DNA of 64,000 bases. Source: Octopus vulgaris (lineage: Eukaryota). The position numbers and the translations under genes were made by a program. The first letter of the stretch is position 1. Each line of letters opens with the position of its first letter. The DNA lies in the NCBI GenBank assembly GCA_951406725.2, contig OX597815.1, positions 121,086,001-121,150,000 of the forward strand. The letters are read 5' to 3'. This document shows, one piece after another, positions 40,509 to 53,469 of the stretch. The notes under the pieces were generated by a model. It worked only from the letters and a program-made list of their open reading frames with translations, searched no databases and was not told where the DNA came from.

Positions 40509-41408
40509 CGTGTGCGTGTGTGTGTGTGTGTGCGCGCGTACATACGGGCGGGCGAACCATTTCCAATACTCGATATTTTTTGTATTTTTCTTTCCATTCT
40601 AATTAGTTAACTTCTAAATGAATACATCATTTCTTTCACTTGATATTTGAACAACCAAAGTATTATTGATGTCTCTGTTGATGTTATTTTGATTTTGGCA
40701 TGTAGTTCCGTTTTAATCATTACTCAGAAACATTTATAGTATTTCTTCCTAACATTTTCCTTCATTTGGGAATCATGTATTCTGTCTATTTCATTGATTT
40801 CTCGGAATTTTCAAGATTGTCTTTGGTTTGATTTCTTTGATCACTGTCTCTTTAACTAGTCTGATGTGATTAGTTTTTATGAGGCTGATTTTTTTTTTCC
40901 TTCTTCAAAGTAGTCTTCGTACATCTCTCCAAATTCGTTTCTATACAGTCTGTTGAAAATACCCAAATGGATGTAATCTCCTGTATATATAACTAAATGC
41001 TGTACATACCTGCAATATGTATAATTGTCACTCTTTAGCATCTGTTTTTATATTTACTATTCCATTCCCATCTAGGATGCTTTATATAAATATACAAGAA
41101 TTCTATAATTTGAGGTCGATAAGAACCAGCATAAGATTCTAAATGGAATAGTGTAATGTTATCCAAAGTAGAACCAAAGTATTCTTACAGTTAAAGACTG
41201 GAAGAAAAAGACGTCTTTAATACGATGTCTGGCTAAGGTACTTAGTACCAAAAAGATCCTTCACGTGGACGGAAGAGCCATAATTCCATATCTTACAGAA
41301 AAAGTAATACACACTTTAGTCAGAAAGGTAATCTACTGCCAGCAACCATTTCATTATAAATCTACAGAACCAAGTTTTGAGATATGCATGCATGCACACG
41401 CACACATA

Positions 41409-42409
41409 AATAGCGTACCTCGGTGATATCCTCACTGTTTGAGAGACAGCATACAAATAACGTGGCAGATAGCAGCCATTCTTCGGGTGCTTAGGACCAG
41501 TTGTGTCCGCTGCCCTGATTGGTTGGTTTTGGTGCAGTTTTATCTCTTGCTTTATTTTGCGCCAATGTGTAAGCCAACCTTCTGATAAGGTCCCGTGATA
41601 CAGTCTTCTAGGTTCTTCTTTGGAGCCCACTAACGTCTTTATAAGGCTAGTCACGACAGCCATTTTCCTCATTGGTCCTCGACCATTGACCACAGAGCAT
41701 CCAGCGATAGACTCAACCAGTTCCAGCGACTGATAGCGCCAACAACACCGCAGCAAGACAGATGGCGACTGCGACACCAACATGCAGCAACTCAGGACTT
41801 TTCTCCACCGTCGACTTCTCCGTAACGCCGTCTTCCCCACCGTCGCCCTTCAACTTCACGCCGTCTCCACCAATACCAATACGTACACACCAACCAACAT
41901 CGTTCCAGGTTTAACTTCACGCTGTTGTGAATACTCACTAAGGTTAACAACGCCAGTCTACCTGTGAGAATTTTCTGTACCAAAGTAACTTGGCACAGCA
42001 TCGAAGTAACCGGTTCTGCACTTGTGACCACCAGCCTCTCTGTTACAAAACCTCTACTATGGTGTTTTACACCGAACTGGTATTTTATCAACATTTTGTC
42101 TGAACATTCATTTGTATCCTGAGACTCATTTTCTATTGTTCTTTATCATTGTGTACACACTTGTAACGCACGCTCGAACACACAGACACACACTTATACT
42201 AGCGTTCATACACACTCTTATTACACGAACACATCTGTAAATAAGGTCTCTTATACTTATATCTTATACGGTCGTGTTCCTCTCCTTTTCTTTCTTGGCT
42301 CTGGTATTCTTTTATTCCATATATTTGGCTTCTTCTTTGTAAGGCGACCGTGCGGCGTTTAAAAGGAGACATTTTGTCACCATCTCCTTTACGTACGGTC
42401 GTCTCTACA
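41409..42409 (+). mobile_element. Solo LTR, diverged relative of 38575-39678
   Basis: Colinear with copy 1, ends CTACA, perfect 4-bp TSD CATA; 5' TG reads AA. Confidence 0.8.
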
Positions 42410-42884
42410 CATAAAAATACCTGCCTAATGTTCAGTTATAATAAATTTATTCAGTGCAAATTTATTATTCTTAAACAAGAATATTATTGACAGTAACGTC
42501 GGAAACTTCCAAGTCACCGTCAATATGTTTCTTGTTTACAAATAACACGTCTTATTTCAATACTGTCTCATAGCCGGTAGGGCTTTATTTGTATGTGCAT
42601 AGTTATATATGCACCAACTACTTGTGTCGTTTGTTTGCTTTCATCACCGCCCTTTACGCTTGCTCACTTATTCTCAACATCTTTTTGTTGTTGATGCCAC
42701 CAAAATGAATGATCTTATCGTTAAAGGCGCGAAATTAGGGGCTTTGGATGATAACTAGTGAAGGAAAGCACGTCCACGTCTTGTGTGTGAATTTTCCGTA
42801 TGTTTCTTTGTCGTCCTTCAGTGCAATTGTGTGTGTGTGTGTGTGTGTATCTATATGTATGTATGGGAGTATGTATATATGTAT

Positions 42885-42971
<87 letters not shown>

Positions 42972-42972
<1 letters not shown>

Positions 42973-43386
42973 GGGAAGCTTTATGAAAATAGACAAAAGA
43001 CGAAGGCAGGTTTACGGAAATAAACAAAAGACGAAGGCAGGTGGAATACAAACAAACAATTGTATTAGTATGGCGCTCAGGAATATAAATAAAACAAGTC
43101 TTTAACGTTTCGAGCCTACGCTCTTCAACAGAAAGATACACAGAGAAGAAACACAGAAAGAAGGAGAGAAAAAAAATGCGTGCAGAGGCTAGCGAATCAA
43201 CATATATCGCTAGCCACTAAATCTTTTTCTATTTTCTCTCCCTGTTTATTTCTGTATTCCTACATGTCGAAGAGCGCTGGCTCGAAACATAAAACGCTTT
43301 CTCACTTCCCGAGTGTTAAACTAATACATCTGTTTGTTGTTTACACACCCGTCTTTGTCTTTTTTTTGTGTGTAAATTCTCACTAT
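42972..43386. mobile_element. Inverted pair of Penelope-type pseudo-LTRs
   Basis: Left arm (-) and right arm (+) are homologous around a central GGCTAGCGA..TCGCTAGCC palindrome; each carries GAAGAGC-loop-GCTCGAAAC. Confidence 0.7.
43099..43136 (-). ncRNA. Minimal type-I hammerhead-ribozyme-like motif with variant core
   Basis: UCUUU-CUGUUGAA-GAGC(GUAG)GCUC-GAAAC-GUU-AAAGA; stems I and II both pair. Confidence 0.5.
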
Positions 43387-43402
43387 ACATACATATATAT
43401 AC

Positions 43403-43466
<64 letters not shown>

Positions 43467-43579
43467 GCGTAAGTCGTCTAAAAGATCATAAACCAGGAAA
43501 CAGATGCACTCGTATATCTGTCAATAAAGTGGATACATTATCCAAAGAGTACAGTGTTATATTCCATATTTTTTCTAAT

Positions 43580-43773
43580 CAAGGCCCGGAATTTCTGGGG
43601 AGGGGGCCAGTCGATTAGATCGACCACAGTATGAAACTGGTACTTAATTTATCGACCTCGAAAGGATAAAAGACAAAGTCGACCTCGGCAGAATTTGAAC
43701 TCAGAACGTAAAGACAGACGTAATACCGCTAAGCATTTCGCCCGGAGTGCTAATGTTTCTGCCAACTCGCCGC
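43580..43773 (-). mobile_element. tRNA-SINE family A
   Basis: Reverse-complement match. Confidence 0.85.
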
Positions 43774-43826
43774 GCTCTAGGGGTACGACGGAGTGTTAGG
43801 TAACAATCCGATAGAGCGTAGGGTTA

Positions 43827-44295
43827 CAGTAATCACCCGCCACATCGCGGTTCACCTATCGCGCACTCAGTACATCGCGGATTTTTCTGGCTAATATATA
43901 TAAATTTATATCGTGTACTCCTCAGTATATGTTGGTTTCTACGGCCATTAGGTAATTATATGTTTCTTAGATTTTAATTATCTTTTGTGATAAAATAAGA
44001 ATTTTCACGCCTAAAAATTAGTAAGTTAATAAATAAAAATCTAGCACAGTACGGCATTGTATAATACATTAATAAAAATATATTTTTAAAAAATACAAGA
44101 AGATACGAGTACTCCTAAGAGTGTGGTGAGAGTTTATAAAAGCTTAAATATATAAAAGTAATAAAATAAATATATACAAATAATAAAAATAATTTTTAAA
44201 AAATATATAGTACAGTACGTTTTTCTAGTTCGCAGATATTCACCTATCGCGGGGGATTTTGAGACGTAACACTCGCGATCGTCGAGGGATTACTG
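43827..44295. mobile_element. pogo/Tigger-type MITE
   Basis: TA|CAGTAATCACCCG..CGAGGGATTACTG|TA; subterminal TTCACCTATCGCG repeats. Confidence 0.85.
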
Positions 44296-44412
44296 TATAT
44301 AATCCGATGAACGTAGGGTTAAATAATCGGGGTACTCTCCGTCGTACACCTAACATGAAACCGATTGGTAAGATCAACCGTGATGGATTTATAATATTGT
44401 ACACTTTGGATA

Positions 44413-44479
<67 letters not shown>

Positions 44480-45699
44480 TATGTATGTATGCATGTATGT
44501 ATGTATGTATGTATGTATTATGTATGTATGTATTTATGTATGTATGTATGTATGTATACCACCTAACATGAAACCGATTGATAAGATCAACCGTAATGGA
44601 TTTATACCACTGTACACTTTGGATAATATGTGTGTGTGTGTGTGTCTGTGTGCGCGCACGCGCGCGTGTGTGTGTATGTATTTATGTATGCATTCATGTA
44701 TGTGTGTATGTGTGCGTGCGTAAGTAGTAGAATATCGGAAAAATAACTTTCTGTAAAATCGAGTTTTACCTGAGTTTTACCTGAATTCAGGCTCTGATGT
44801 ACAGAAACAATGAGAAACAACTGACCTCAATAGACTCTACTCTACAGAACCGAAGTTACGGGAATGAATAAACCGTTTTAACACGCGCCGTAACACACGC
44901 ATGGTGTGGCAGGTGACGGCCAGATGGTTACATTGAAACCAACCAATAAACTGGTATAAGTTTACAAGCTTTTCAGTGGCATTTTTTTATAATGCGAAAA
45001 TCTTGATATTCCTTTCAAATATCAACATAGATGAGATATAACACTAAAAAGGTAACCTCCATATTCTGACAGGTGTTCAACTGCCTTTGTACAGACTATT
45101 CGTACACGATTGTATGTAATGAGTGACAGCATCGTCTGTATAAAGTTTGTTCCATATCGTATATTCGATAGGTTACTGTGTAAACTCTGAAGCATTTGTT
45201 GACATTTCTAAGTGAGTAGTTGTTTAGTATACAATTTTATATCGGAATCGAAGATCCATTCGTTGCTTTGTATACTCAACCCTGATGCATATATAAATGT
45301 ATTGGTAACATCTCCTCTGAAAGAGATCCGAAAGTAGCAAATATCGTAAGAGTTGTTTTTTTTTTATTCATTATTTTTTTTTTTTCGATCGCGGCGAAAT
45401 AAAAGACTCTAGGCATTCTCTTTGTCTCCTTTCATTTTATATTCTTTTAACGTTAGCGGTCGATTCTCCCCGTCGTTACATTAAGTTTCAATGCGTTTAT
45501 CTCGTTATTAATGCATGACGATTTTAGTACAAGCAAGAATGGCAGATTTGGAACAGGCGAATAAATATTTACAAGCCGACTTCTTGTAAAAGTTGGAGTA
45601 GATGCTTCTTTTGTCTGTTATCTTAACTGAAAACCGAACGGAGAAATAAACCCCGATACCGTTGGGTGTTCGAATCAGCATCGCACACACACACACACA

Positions 45700-45805
<106 letters not shown>

Positions 45806-46590
45806 GCATGCTCATTCATAAAATATTAGCATATCTATATATATTTAAAGAAAAGGTTGGGGGATTGGGTACAACAGATCTATGTATGCAGTAAACAGAA
45901 CCTTGCAACTTGTTTGTAAAAGGATCTGTGAAAACGGAAGAAAGAATTTTCGCAAGAATGAAAGTCAGTAGCTGACCAACGAAGTACTTCTGAAGTAGCT
46001 TTGCTTTGTTTGAATATGAAAAACCATAGACGTCAGCAAGGTAAAGCAGTGAACCAGAATGTTTTATGCAGATTTCTGGTAGTTTGGGTTCGGGAAAACG
46101 ACCGTTAACTAACTTTCTGAATTATTCTGTCCGTTCGGTCAAGTTGGAAACTGTGAAGAAAGAAAACCAGTAACTCTGTGCTTTATAAGCATAGGTAAAT
46201 AGGTTATATATTCAAATAAATATGGCATGAGTTAAGAGGAAACAAACACCTCTCCCAGGGAATCTCATCCCGAATTTTTTAGTATCATTTGAAAATTCTA
46301 AAAATCAAGAACGATCATTTTCGCACGCATATATTCAACAAAAATAGAACTGACGAAAGAGGACTAACTAAAATGGTGATGTCTATTATATCTTAAGTCT
46401 TTGTACTAACTGTTACAGTTTTCAATAACTGGTTCTTTGTTAATAAACTTGTGTCTCTGCTATTGCAATTAAATTCTACCTTTCATTCTTCGGGGAAAAA
46501 GTACAAGTATTGGGATTTATTCAATCGATTCTATCTCCACCCTAGATTGTATGACATCATTATTCTTATTTTTATTATTATTTAAGAGCT

Positions 46591-47358
46591 AAGGCGGTGA
46601 GCTGGCAGAAACGTTAGCACGCCGGACGAAATGCGTAGCCGTATTTCGTCTGCCGTTACGTTGTGAGTTCAAATTCCGCCGAGGTCGACTTTGCCTTCCA
46701 TCCTTTCGGGGTCGATAAATTAAGTACTAGTTACGCACTGGGGTCGATGTAATCGACTTAATCCGTTTGTCTGTCCTTATTTGTCCTCTCTGTGTTAAGC
46801 CCCTTGTGGGTAGTAAAGAAATAGGTATTTCGTCTGCCGTTACGTTCTGATTTCAAATTCTGCCGAGTTCGGCTTTGCCTTTCATCCTTTCGGGGTCGAT
46901 AAAGTAAGTACCAGTTACGAACTGGTGCGATGTAATCGACTTAATCCCTTTGTCTGTCCTTGTTTGTCTCCTCTATGTTTAACCCTTTGTTGGCATTAAA
47001 GAGATAAGAAACGTTAGCATGCCGGGCGAAATGCTTAGTAGTATTCCATCTGTCTTTACGTCCTGAGTTCAAATTTCGCCGAAGTCTACTTTGCCTTTCA
47101 TCTTTTCAGGGTCGATAAATTAAGCACCAGTTGCGTACTGGGGTCGATCTAATAGACAGGCCCCCTCCCCCAAAATTTCGTGCTATGTGCCTAGAGTAGA
47201 AAAGATTATTATTTAAGAGCTGACAGAATCGCTAGCACGTCGGACGAAATGCTTTGCAGCATTTCTTCCGGTTCTTAACATTCCGAGTTCAAATTTCATT
47301 GAAGTTGACATTGCCTTTCATCTTTTCGCAGTCGATAAAATTAGTACCAGTTGAGCAC
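46591..47358 (+). mobile_element. Head-to-tail array of about four tRNA-SINE family A units
   Basis: Repeated TTCAAATT..GCCTTTCATCCTTTCGGGGTCGATAAA..ACCAGTT blocks near 46670, 46855, 47070 and 47290. Confidence 0.9.
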
Positions 47359-47496
47359 GTGGATGGTGTGGAGGCGGTTCGCCTCAGGCAACGCTTTAAT
47401 GAAGGCTTCGCTTTTGGATCTGCCATATAAGAGAGGAGGTCAGCAAATTCCAGGGCTGTCCGGGCGACACACGCTCTAGCTACACAACCGCTCCAT

Positions 47497-48229
47497 ACGT
47501 GTCAATTGTCGAGCGGGAGCTTTACTGTTTGGCTACAAATTTTCAATCTCTTCAATTCCTTCTCGAATTGATTTCATATTCGGTATAATATAGTTTTATA
47601 TGCTAATCAATGCTTTGAAATTCATTTTCGCTATAAATCAATAGATAAAGAGTTTATTAGCTTTTAAAATTTGAAAATTTTGGGTAATTTTAGCCAATTG
47701 TAAATCATAGATGCATTCATGCCTATTTGCAAAATAGCACATGTTGACAAATATATTCTACGCGAAAGTATGTGCGTTGATGTTGTATTCTGTTGTTTGT
47801 ACCTATCTGCTGCCTGTACTCTAGTTGAGGGATATGCAAAAAATAACAGCCAAAAGCCAAAATAGGCCTTAAATCACACACCTCCCTTTTTTTATTGCAT
47901 AATTGCATGAATTCCCGAATGTAGAATACAAATTCGCAAAATGTTTCTGAAAATTCCGAAGAAATAAAAAAAAAGTTATGTATAAAGCAGAAGTTGATTT
48001 ATTATACAGTTTTATATTAAAACACGTCACACACAAAACGACAGCTTCCAAATCCTGTTTTCTGACTGGGTGAAAATTATCAAACTTTAAACATCTATAA
48101 CTAAATTTGTTTTCATTTTTTTTTTAGAAAAAGTGAAATATCTACAGAGATTCAGCTTGGAAAACTACATTAATATATTAATTTAAAAAATTTTCAATAA
48201 ACTTTGAATTTTCGACAATTGGCAACCGT
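47497..48229. mobile_element. Non-autonomous DNA transposon, superfamily unclear
   Basis: Imperfect TIRs ACGTGTCAATTGTCGA / TCGACAATTGGCAACCGT; AT-rich interior. Confidence 0.55.
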
Positions 48230-48821
48230 CGATCGTTGTAACTCCACAAATGAGCTATGTTTAGGCATTGAGCGATTGCTCGCAATACAGTTTCATCACT
48301 ATCCCATGCATTTCAGATAGGCCCGACTAGCGGCATTGGAGTGCTTGTAGATTTTATCCCGTGGCAGCAATACTATAGGGTCTAATAGAAGTTGTTTATT
48401 ATTCTCGGACAGAAGTATTTCCTAAAACAATGTTTCTCATTGGCTGAGAAGATTGAAAAAGGACAGACAAATTCTCGTGTTTAACAAATTTAAAACAGTT
48501 TCCAGTTTTTAAACCTATCAAACCTCAATGTAAAGAAAAAAGAATTATATGGATGCAAAATCTGCTTTATTTTCCCATTAAGACGCGATTACCAAAACAG
48601 TTCACTTATATTTTGTAAGATACTCGGTATTTATCAATTTAAAATCCGCTGCCCTAACAGTAGGGCCGAATTAAGACCTATTGCGGCACTAAATACTTAG
48701 AGGATTTTGGTGCTCATTGATCCGGTTCTTGACTGAAGATTGAAGGCTTCGAATGTCCCGTCCGTGTTTTTTGTATCGTCTTCTAAATGTTTTTACGTTC
48801 TTGTCCCAGTTTGTATTTTTC

Positions 48822-48896
<75 letters not shown>

Positions 48897-49502
48897 CCAA
48901 AGTATAAATCATAAAATAAATTTTTATTTATTTAAATGAAACAAAACTAACTGTTAGATGAAAAATAATGTTTATTTTATATATTTCCACTTTATATTTG
49001 AAAAGTTTTCTCCTACTTTCTCTAATTGCAAAGTTTTTGATCAGTTGATCAGATCTTAACCATGACACCATGAACACTTTAAAATTATATTTCCGATCAT
49101 ATAAGCTATTTCAATATTATTTTAGCCAGTTTAAAGTGATTTCTTATGTACTGTAAACCAATTACCATTTCTGTGATGCCCAATTTCCCTTGATACCCTA
49201 AGCACGCACTTATTTTGCTTAATAGTTAATCCACCTTTGCTGAACAGACTGCTTGATCAACATCCATCGACATCTACAGAACATTGTCCCGTTGCTAATG
49301 CTCAATACAATGTAAGTGTTGGCGTTCCTCCCGTTACAATGCGTCACGGTGTATTACAAGTAGAGAGAGAACTCAGAGCGCTGACAACATCACGGATGTG
49401 AGACATCCAACCTTTATTTATTCTCCACTCGTAATTGCAGCTCCATCAAGGTATGAACGGTAGAAAAGGCAAGCTTGACAAAAGCGGTCGTATGTACTCA
49501 CC

Positions 49503-49571
49503 GTCTCATAATCTCTTCAGATGTGGCTTCAGTCCATGCCTGTGGATCATAAGTCACGGCATCCCAACCCC
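49503..49571 (-). CDS. Candidate internal exon (boundaries approximate)
   Basis: actttctgcacag|GG-GWDAVTYDPQAWTEATSEEIMR-CG|gtgagt; good splice sites and open frame; protein not recognised. Confidence 0.3.
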
Positions 49572-49897
49572 CTGTGCAGAAAGTGTTGGAAGTAAAGAGT
49601 CTTTGTTACCAACGGAGCTCACAAACAACGGAAGGCAAGCCCTCCAATCTGCCTAGATATGACTTGGAGCAATATATGACTATCAAATAGTAATATTTTA
49701 CAAAGAGGATTTGTCAATACTGTCCAAATACTAAGGGGCGATCTCTCTTCGGCTCATTTCTGTGAGAATTTTTACTCTACTCGTCATCCGGAGATCGTTG
49801 ACGAACCAAACTCCCATTGCCTCATCACAAGTCTTTCGGGTGGGCGCCTTCGAAAGAGTTCTCCCATTTCTTCCCTATTTCCATATGTGTGTGTGTG

Positions 49898-49978
<81 letters not shown>

Positions 49979-50805
49979 TCTCAACTCCTTGTCTTCTTCG
50001 ATAACTGGGAAAGTTGAGAAATGCCTGTCAGTTTAGCTATTGTTGTTATTGTTGTTGTTGCTGATTTTCTTGTATTTTATTGTTGTTACTGTGTGTTATC
50101 AAGCTAACGGATTCACAATTCTTTTTTTCGCGCCCTTAGGTCAACTAATTTATCAGGTTTGGATGATTAGACATTTTAATTGATATTTTTAACATGTAAT
50201 ACCTATTAAGTTTGAGTAATGTAATTTAATTCTATTATGTAGTAAGAAGACTATCAAAAGTTTCGTCTTCATTTAATAGTGAGCCTTTGCATGTGTTTTT
50301 CACTATAATTTATCTTCACCTGGCGAAAGGAAGGATTCGAATACGGAACTGCTGATAAAAGAGACATTTTCCATTTAAATTGTACAAACACAGTATTACC
50401 CCACATACCCAATTGAGGCTTGCATAGTTTGATGAGGTTGCTCTCTCGTTCGCTATATTTCAAGTGCTTGTAGTAAAATGGGGACCACAAAAATTTTGCG
50501 CTGCAGATCGATCTCCTATCATCTCAGCTAATCCCAACAAGGTAACCTTTGACTGGCCGTTAAACCTGTTAGAAATCGCGGCAAATTTTCTCTCAAATTA
50601 CACTCTACAATGTTAAAAAGTAGGAGGCGATACGCTGGGTAATATAATTATAGAGTTAGCGTGATCACAGCTAGAACGGCTCTGGTTATAAGTGTACATT
50701 GGTTCTGGTTATAAGCCTGGGGCTAAACAACAACACAACAACTACTTGCTAGTACATTTATTTCTGTTTCATACGGCATTATGAATATTCTAACTATATC
50801 TGTAG

Positions 50806-51140
50806 CTAGGTCCTGGTAATTATCGATCTTTTTATGTTCAATAAACACCTGTTGTCATAGGGATCAGCAAAATCTAACAGCTTACAGTGTTCTTTTTCAT
50901 TGTCAATTATTAAATCTTGGACATCATGCTTTGGCGATATAGTTTGTTTGCAGAAAAACGTTCTAGTAGATTTTATTATCAACATTCTCCTCCGATAATG
51001 TTTCTGGGCGACGGCCATAGTTTCTCATTTATTTGATGACATAGCTCCCTACATCCCAATGAACTTTCTTCTTTAGCTTAATGATATTCAATGATATTAT
51101 CGTTTCTAATCTCCTTGGGTCATATTTCTTGCTTTGACAA
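50806..51140 (-). mobile_element. Decayed RLE LINE endonuclease fragment
   Basis: DLIIDNEKEHCKLLDFADPYD matches the RPD..C.I.D.A.P.D RLE motif. Confidence 0.6.
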
Positions 51141-51620
51141 CCGAAATTACTACATCCATGATAATGAGGGGGCGAGGAAATTCGCAGAATCGTCAGAGCA
51201 TCAAATAAAATACCTTTTGATATTTAGTCATACCTTTTGATATTTACTCTTTACGTTCTGAGTTCAAATTACACCAAGGGCAACTTTGCTTTCATCTCTT
51301 CAAGATCGATAAAATACAGCACCAGTCAATGAAATAGGATACACCCCATGTCAGAAGAGTTGTACTCTGCCTACCAGCCCTTCTGAGGAGTGCCAGGACT
51401 GCTCACCCACCCGTACCCCTATACAAACTCTTATGTATGAAACCGAGTTGTAAAGTCGGTTGAAATTGTTTATATTTATGTGTTAATTAGATATAAATAT
51501 TCCCACTACACATGCGCGTGCACAGACGCACGCTCGCACTCACACACGAACACACACCCACACATACATACATACATACATACATACATACATACATACA
51601 TACATACATACATACATACA

Positions 51621-51915
51621 TTCTACAGATCCAGTCTATCACTGGAACTGTAAAAATCTGTAAAACTTTCCAGAAGCTCATCATTTAAATATATGTAAGC
51701 TTGTAACTATATGCATGAGAATACGTACATAAAACATAAAATTCTGCACGTGCATACATACATACATACATACATACATACATACATACATACATACATA
51801 CATACATACATACCTTGTTGTTCATGTTGAAATTCCAATAAAGGAACCTTGGATCTAGGTTAGAAACCAGTTCTTTCTCTATTGGCAAGAAATCTTGAAA
51901 TAAACTGAATAATGA
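51621..51915 (+). mobile_element. 3' end of the (ATAC)n-associated RLE LINE
   Basis: LQIQSITGTVKICKTFQKLII* plus 3'UTR; (ATAC)n at both junctions. Confidence 0.9.
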
Positions 51916-52009
51916 CATACATACATACATACATACATACATACATACATACATACATACATAAGTTAAGTAGCCGGATCTAAGTTATGTAGTGAGAAAG
52001 TGGAAGCTA

Positions 52010-52540
52010 TAACCCTTGTTGCAGGAATGTATAAAATGCTTGAACATAAAAACCACAAAAGATATCATGATAAAGGATGCTTACATCTGCACTGGCAATT
52101 GATAAGTAATATAGTTTTGAGATATACCTGACAGAATGTTAGAAATTGAATCAGTAAGAATTTTGTCAGATTTTAATACCCCAAAAGATACAGTGAAAAA
52201 ACACCACCGATTGGATATTACTATGGGAGAAAAAGTAATAGAGAAATATTACATTATAAGATGTAGCCATTCCAGGTGACCAGAAATAGAGCAAGCAAAG
52301 GCACACAAGAAAATTGATAATTATCTGGAACTAAGGTTGGAAATTTCAAGAATGCAGAACGCACAACCTAAAGTCCTGCCAATAGTAATTAGTGCCCTTG
52401 GCTCCATTCCTAACAAGTTAACAACATACATCAATGAGCTATATATAACACTTAACATAATAGTTTTATCTTTATAGAAATTTACACTTTTTGGATCTGC
52501 CAACAGCCTGCAAAAAGTTTTCTGTCTCAGGTCATATGAC
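52010..52540 (+). mobile_element. Decayed R4/Dong-like RLE LINE 3' coding relic
   Basis: ILSDF..HHRLDI, KIDNYLELRLEISRM, VLPIVISALGSIP. Confidence 0.75.
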
Positions 52541-52757
52541 ATGACAGAAGGCATCTAATATGTGTGTGGTGAAGATCTTCAAGCTGTGTTAAGAGAGAAT
52601 ATGATGATGATGATGATGAAGATGATATATAAAGGATTGAGGTAAATCCTGCAGAAGATATAGAGTCAAAATTAAAAGAAGAGTGCCATTGTCATCTAGT
52701 GAACAATGACACACAAGATGTCGAAATATCATTCAATAGATAATAATAATAATAATT

Positions 52758-53205
52758 TGCGAAGACCTGTTGAGGCAAGTGAAATCGAAATTAAAATCGA
52801 AATCAAATTTGATGACTGGCATCTGTGCTAGTGGAGCGCGAAGAACACCAATCCAAGCGTGATTGCTGCCAGAGCAGCTGACTGGTTTCTGTGCCGGTGG
52901 CACATGAAAAGGCATTCAAGCAAGGTTGTTGTCAGTGCCACTTGACTGGCTCTTGTGCAGGTGGCACGTAAAAACACCATTTGAGAGTGGCCGTTGACAG
53001 TACCGCCTGACTGGCCCTCGTGACAGTGGCACATAAAAGCACCCACTACACTCTCGAAGTGGTTGGCGTTAGGAAGGGCATCCAGCTGTAGAGACTCTTC
53101 CAGATCAGATTTGAGCCTGGTGCAGCCATCTGGTTCCCCAGTCCTCAGTCAAATCGTCCAACTCATGCTAGCATGGAAAGCAGACATTAAATGATGATGA
53201 TGATG
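52758..53205 (+). mobile_element. PHD-RTE family 3'UTR fragment
   Basis: GAAGACCTGTTGAGGCAAGTG..minisatellite..CATGCTAGCATGG..(GAT)n. Confidence 0.88.
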
Positions 53206-53469
53206 AATAATCATAATCATAATCCTTTTATTATAGGCACAAGGCCTGAAATTTTGAGGGGATGGGTAAGCTGATAAGATTGAACCCAGTACTCAACTAG
53301 TAAATATTTTATTGACCCTGGAAAGATAAAAGGTGAAGTTGATCTTGACAACATTTGAATTCAGAATGACAATTTGGAAAAAATCCACTAAGTATTTTGT
53401 CCAGTGCAATAACGATTCTGCCTGCTCAATGCCTTAATAACAATAACAACTATATAATAATACATTGAT

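Noticed and set aside
38575-42409. A single LTR retrotransposon, TRIM or retrozyme
   Set aside because: Each LTR has its own TSD, they are diverged, there is no PBS/PPT or coding region between them, and the CTGATAAG in copy 2 lacks stem II-GAAA
46591-46680. tRNA gene
   Set aside because: A/B-box-like motifs belong to a multi-copy SINE head; no clean cloverleaf
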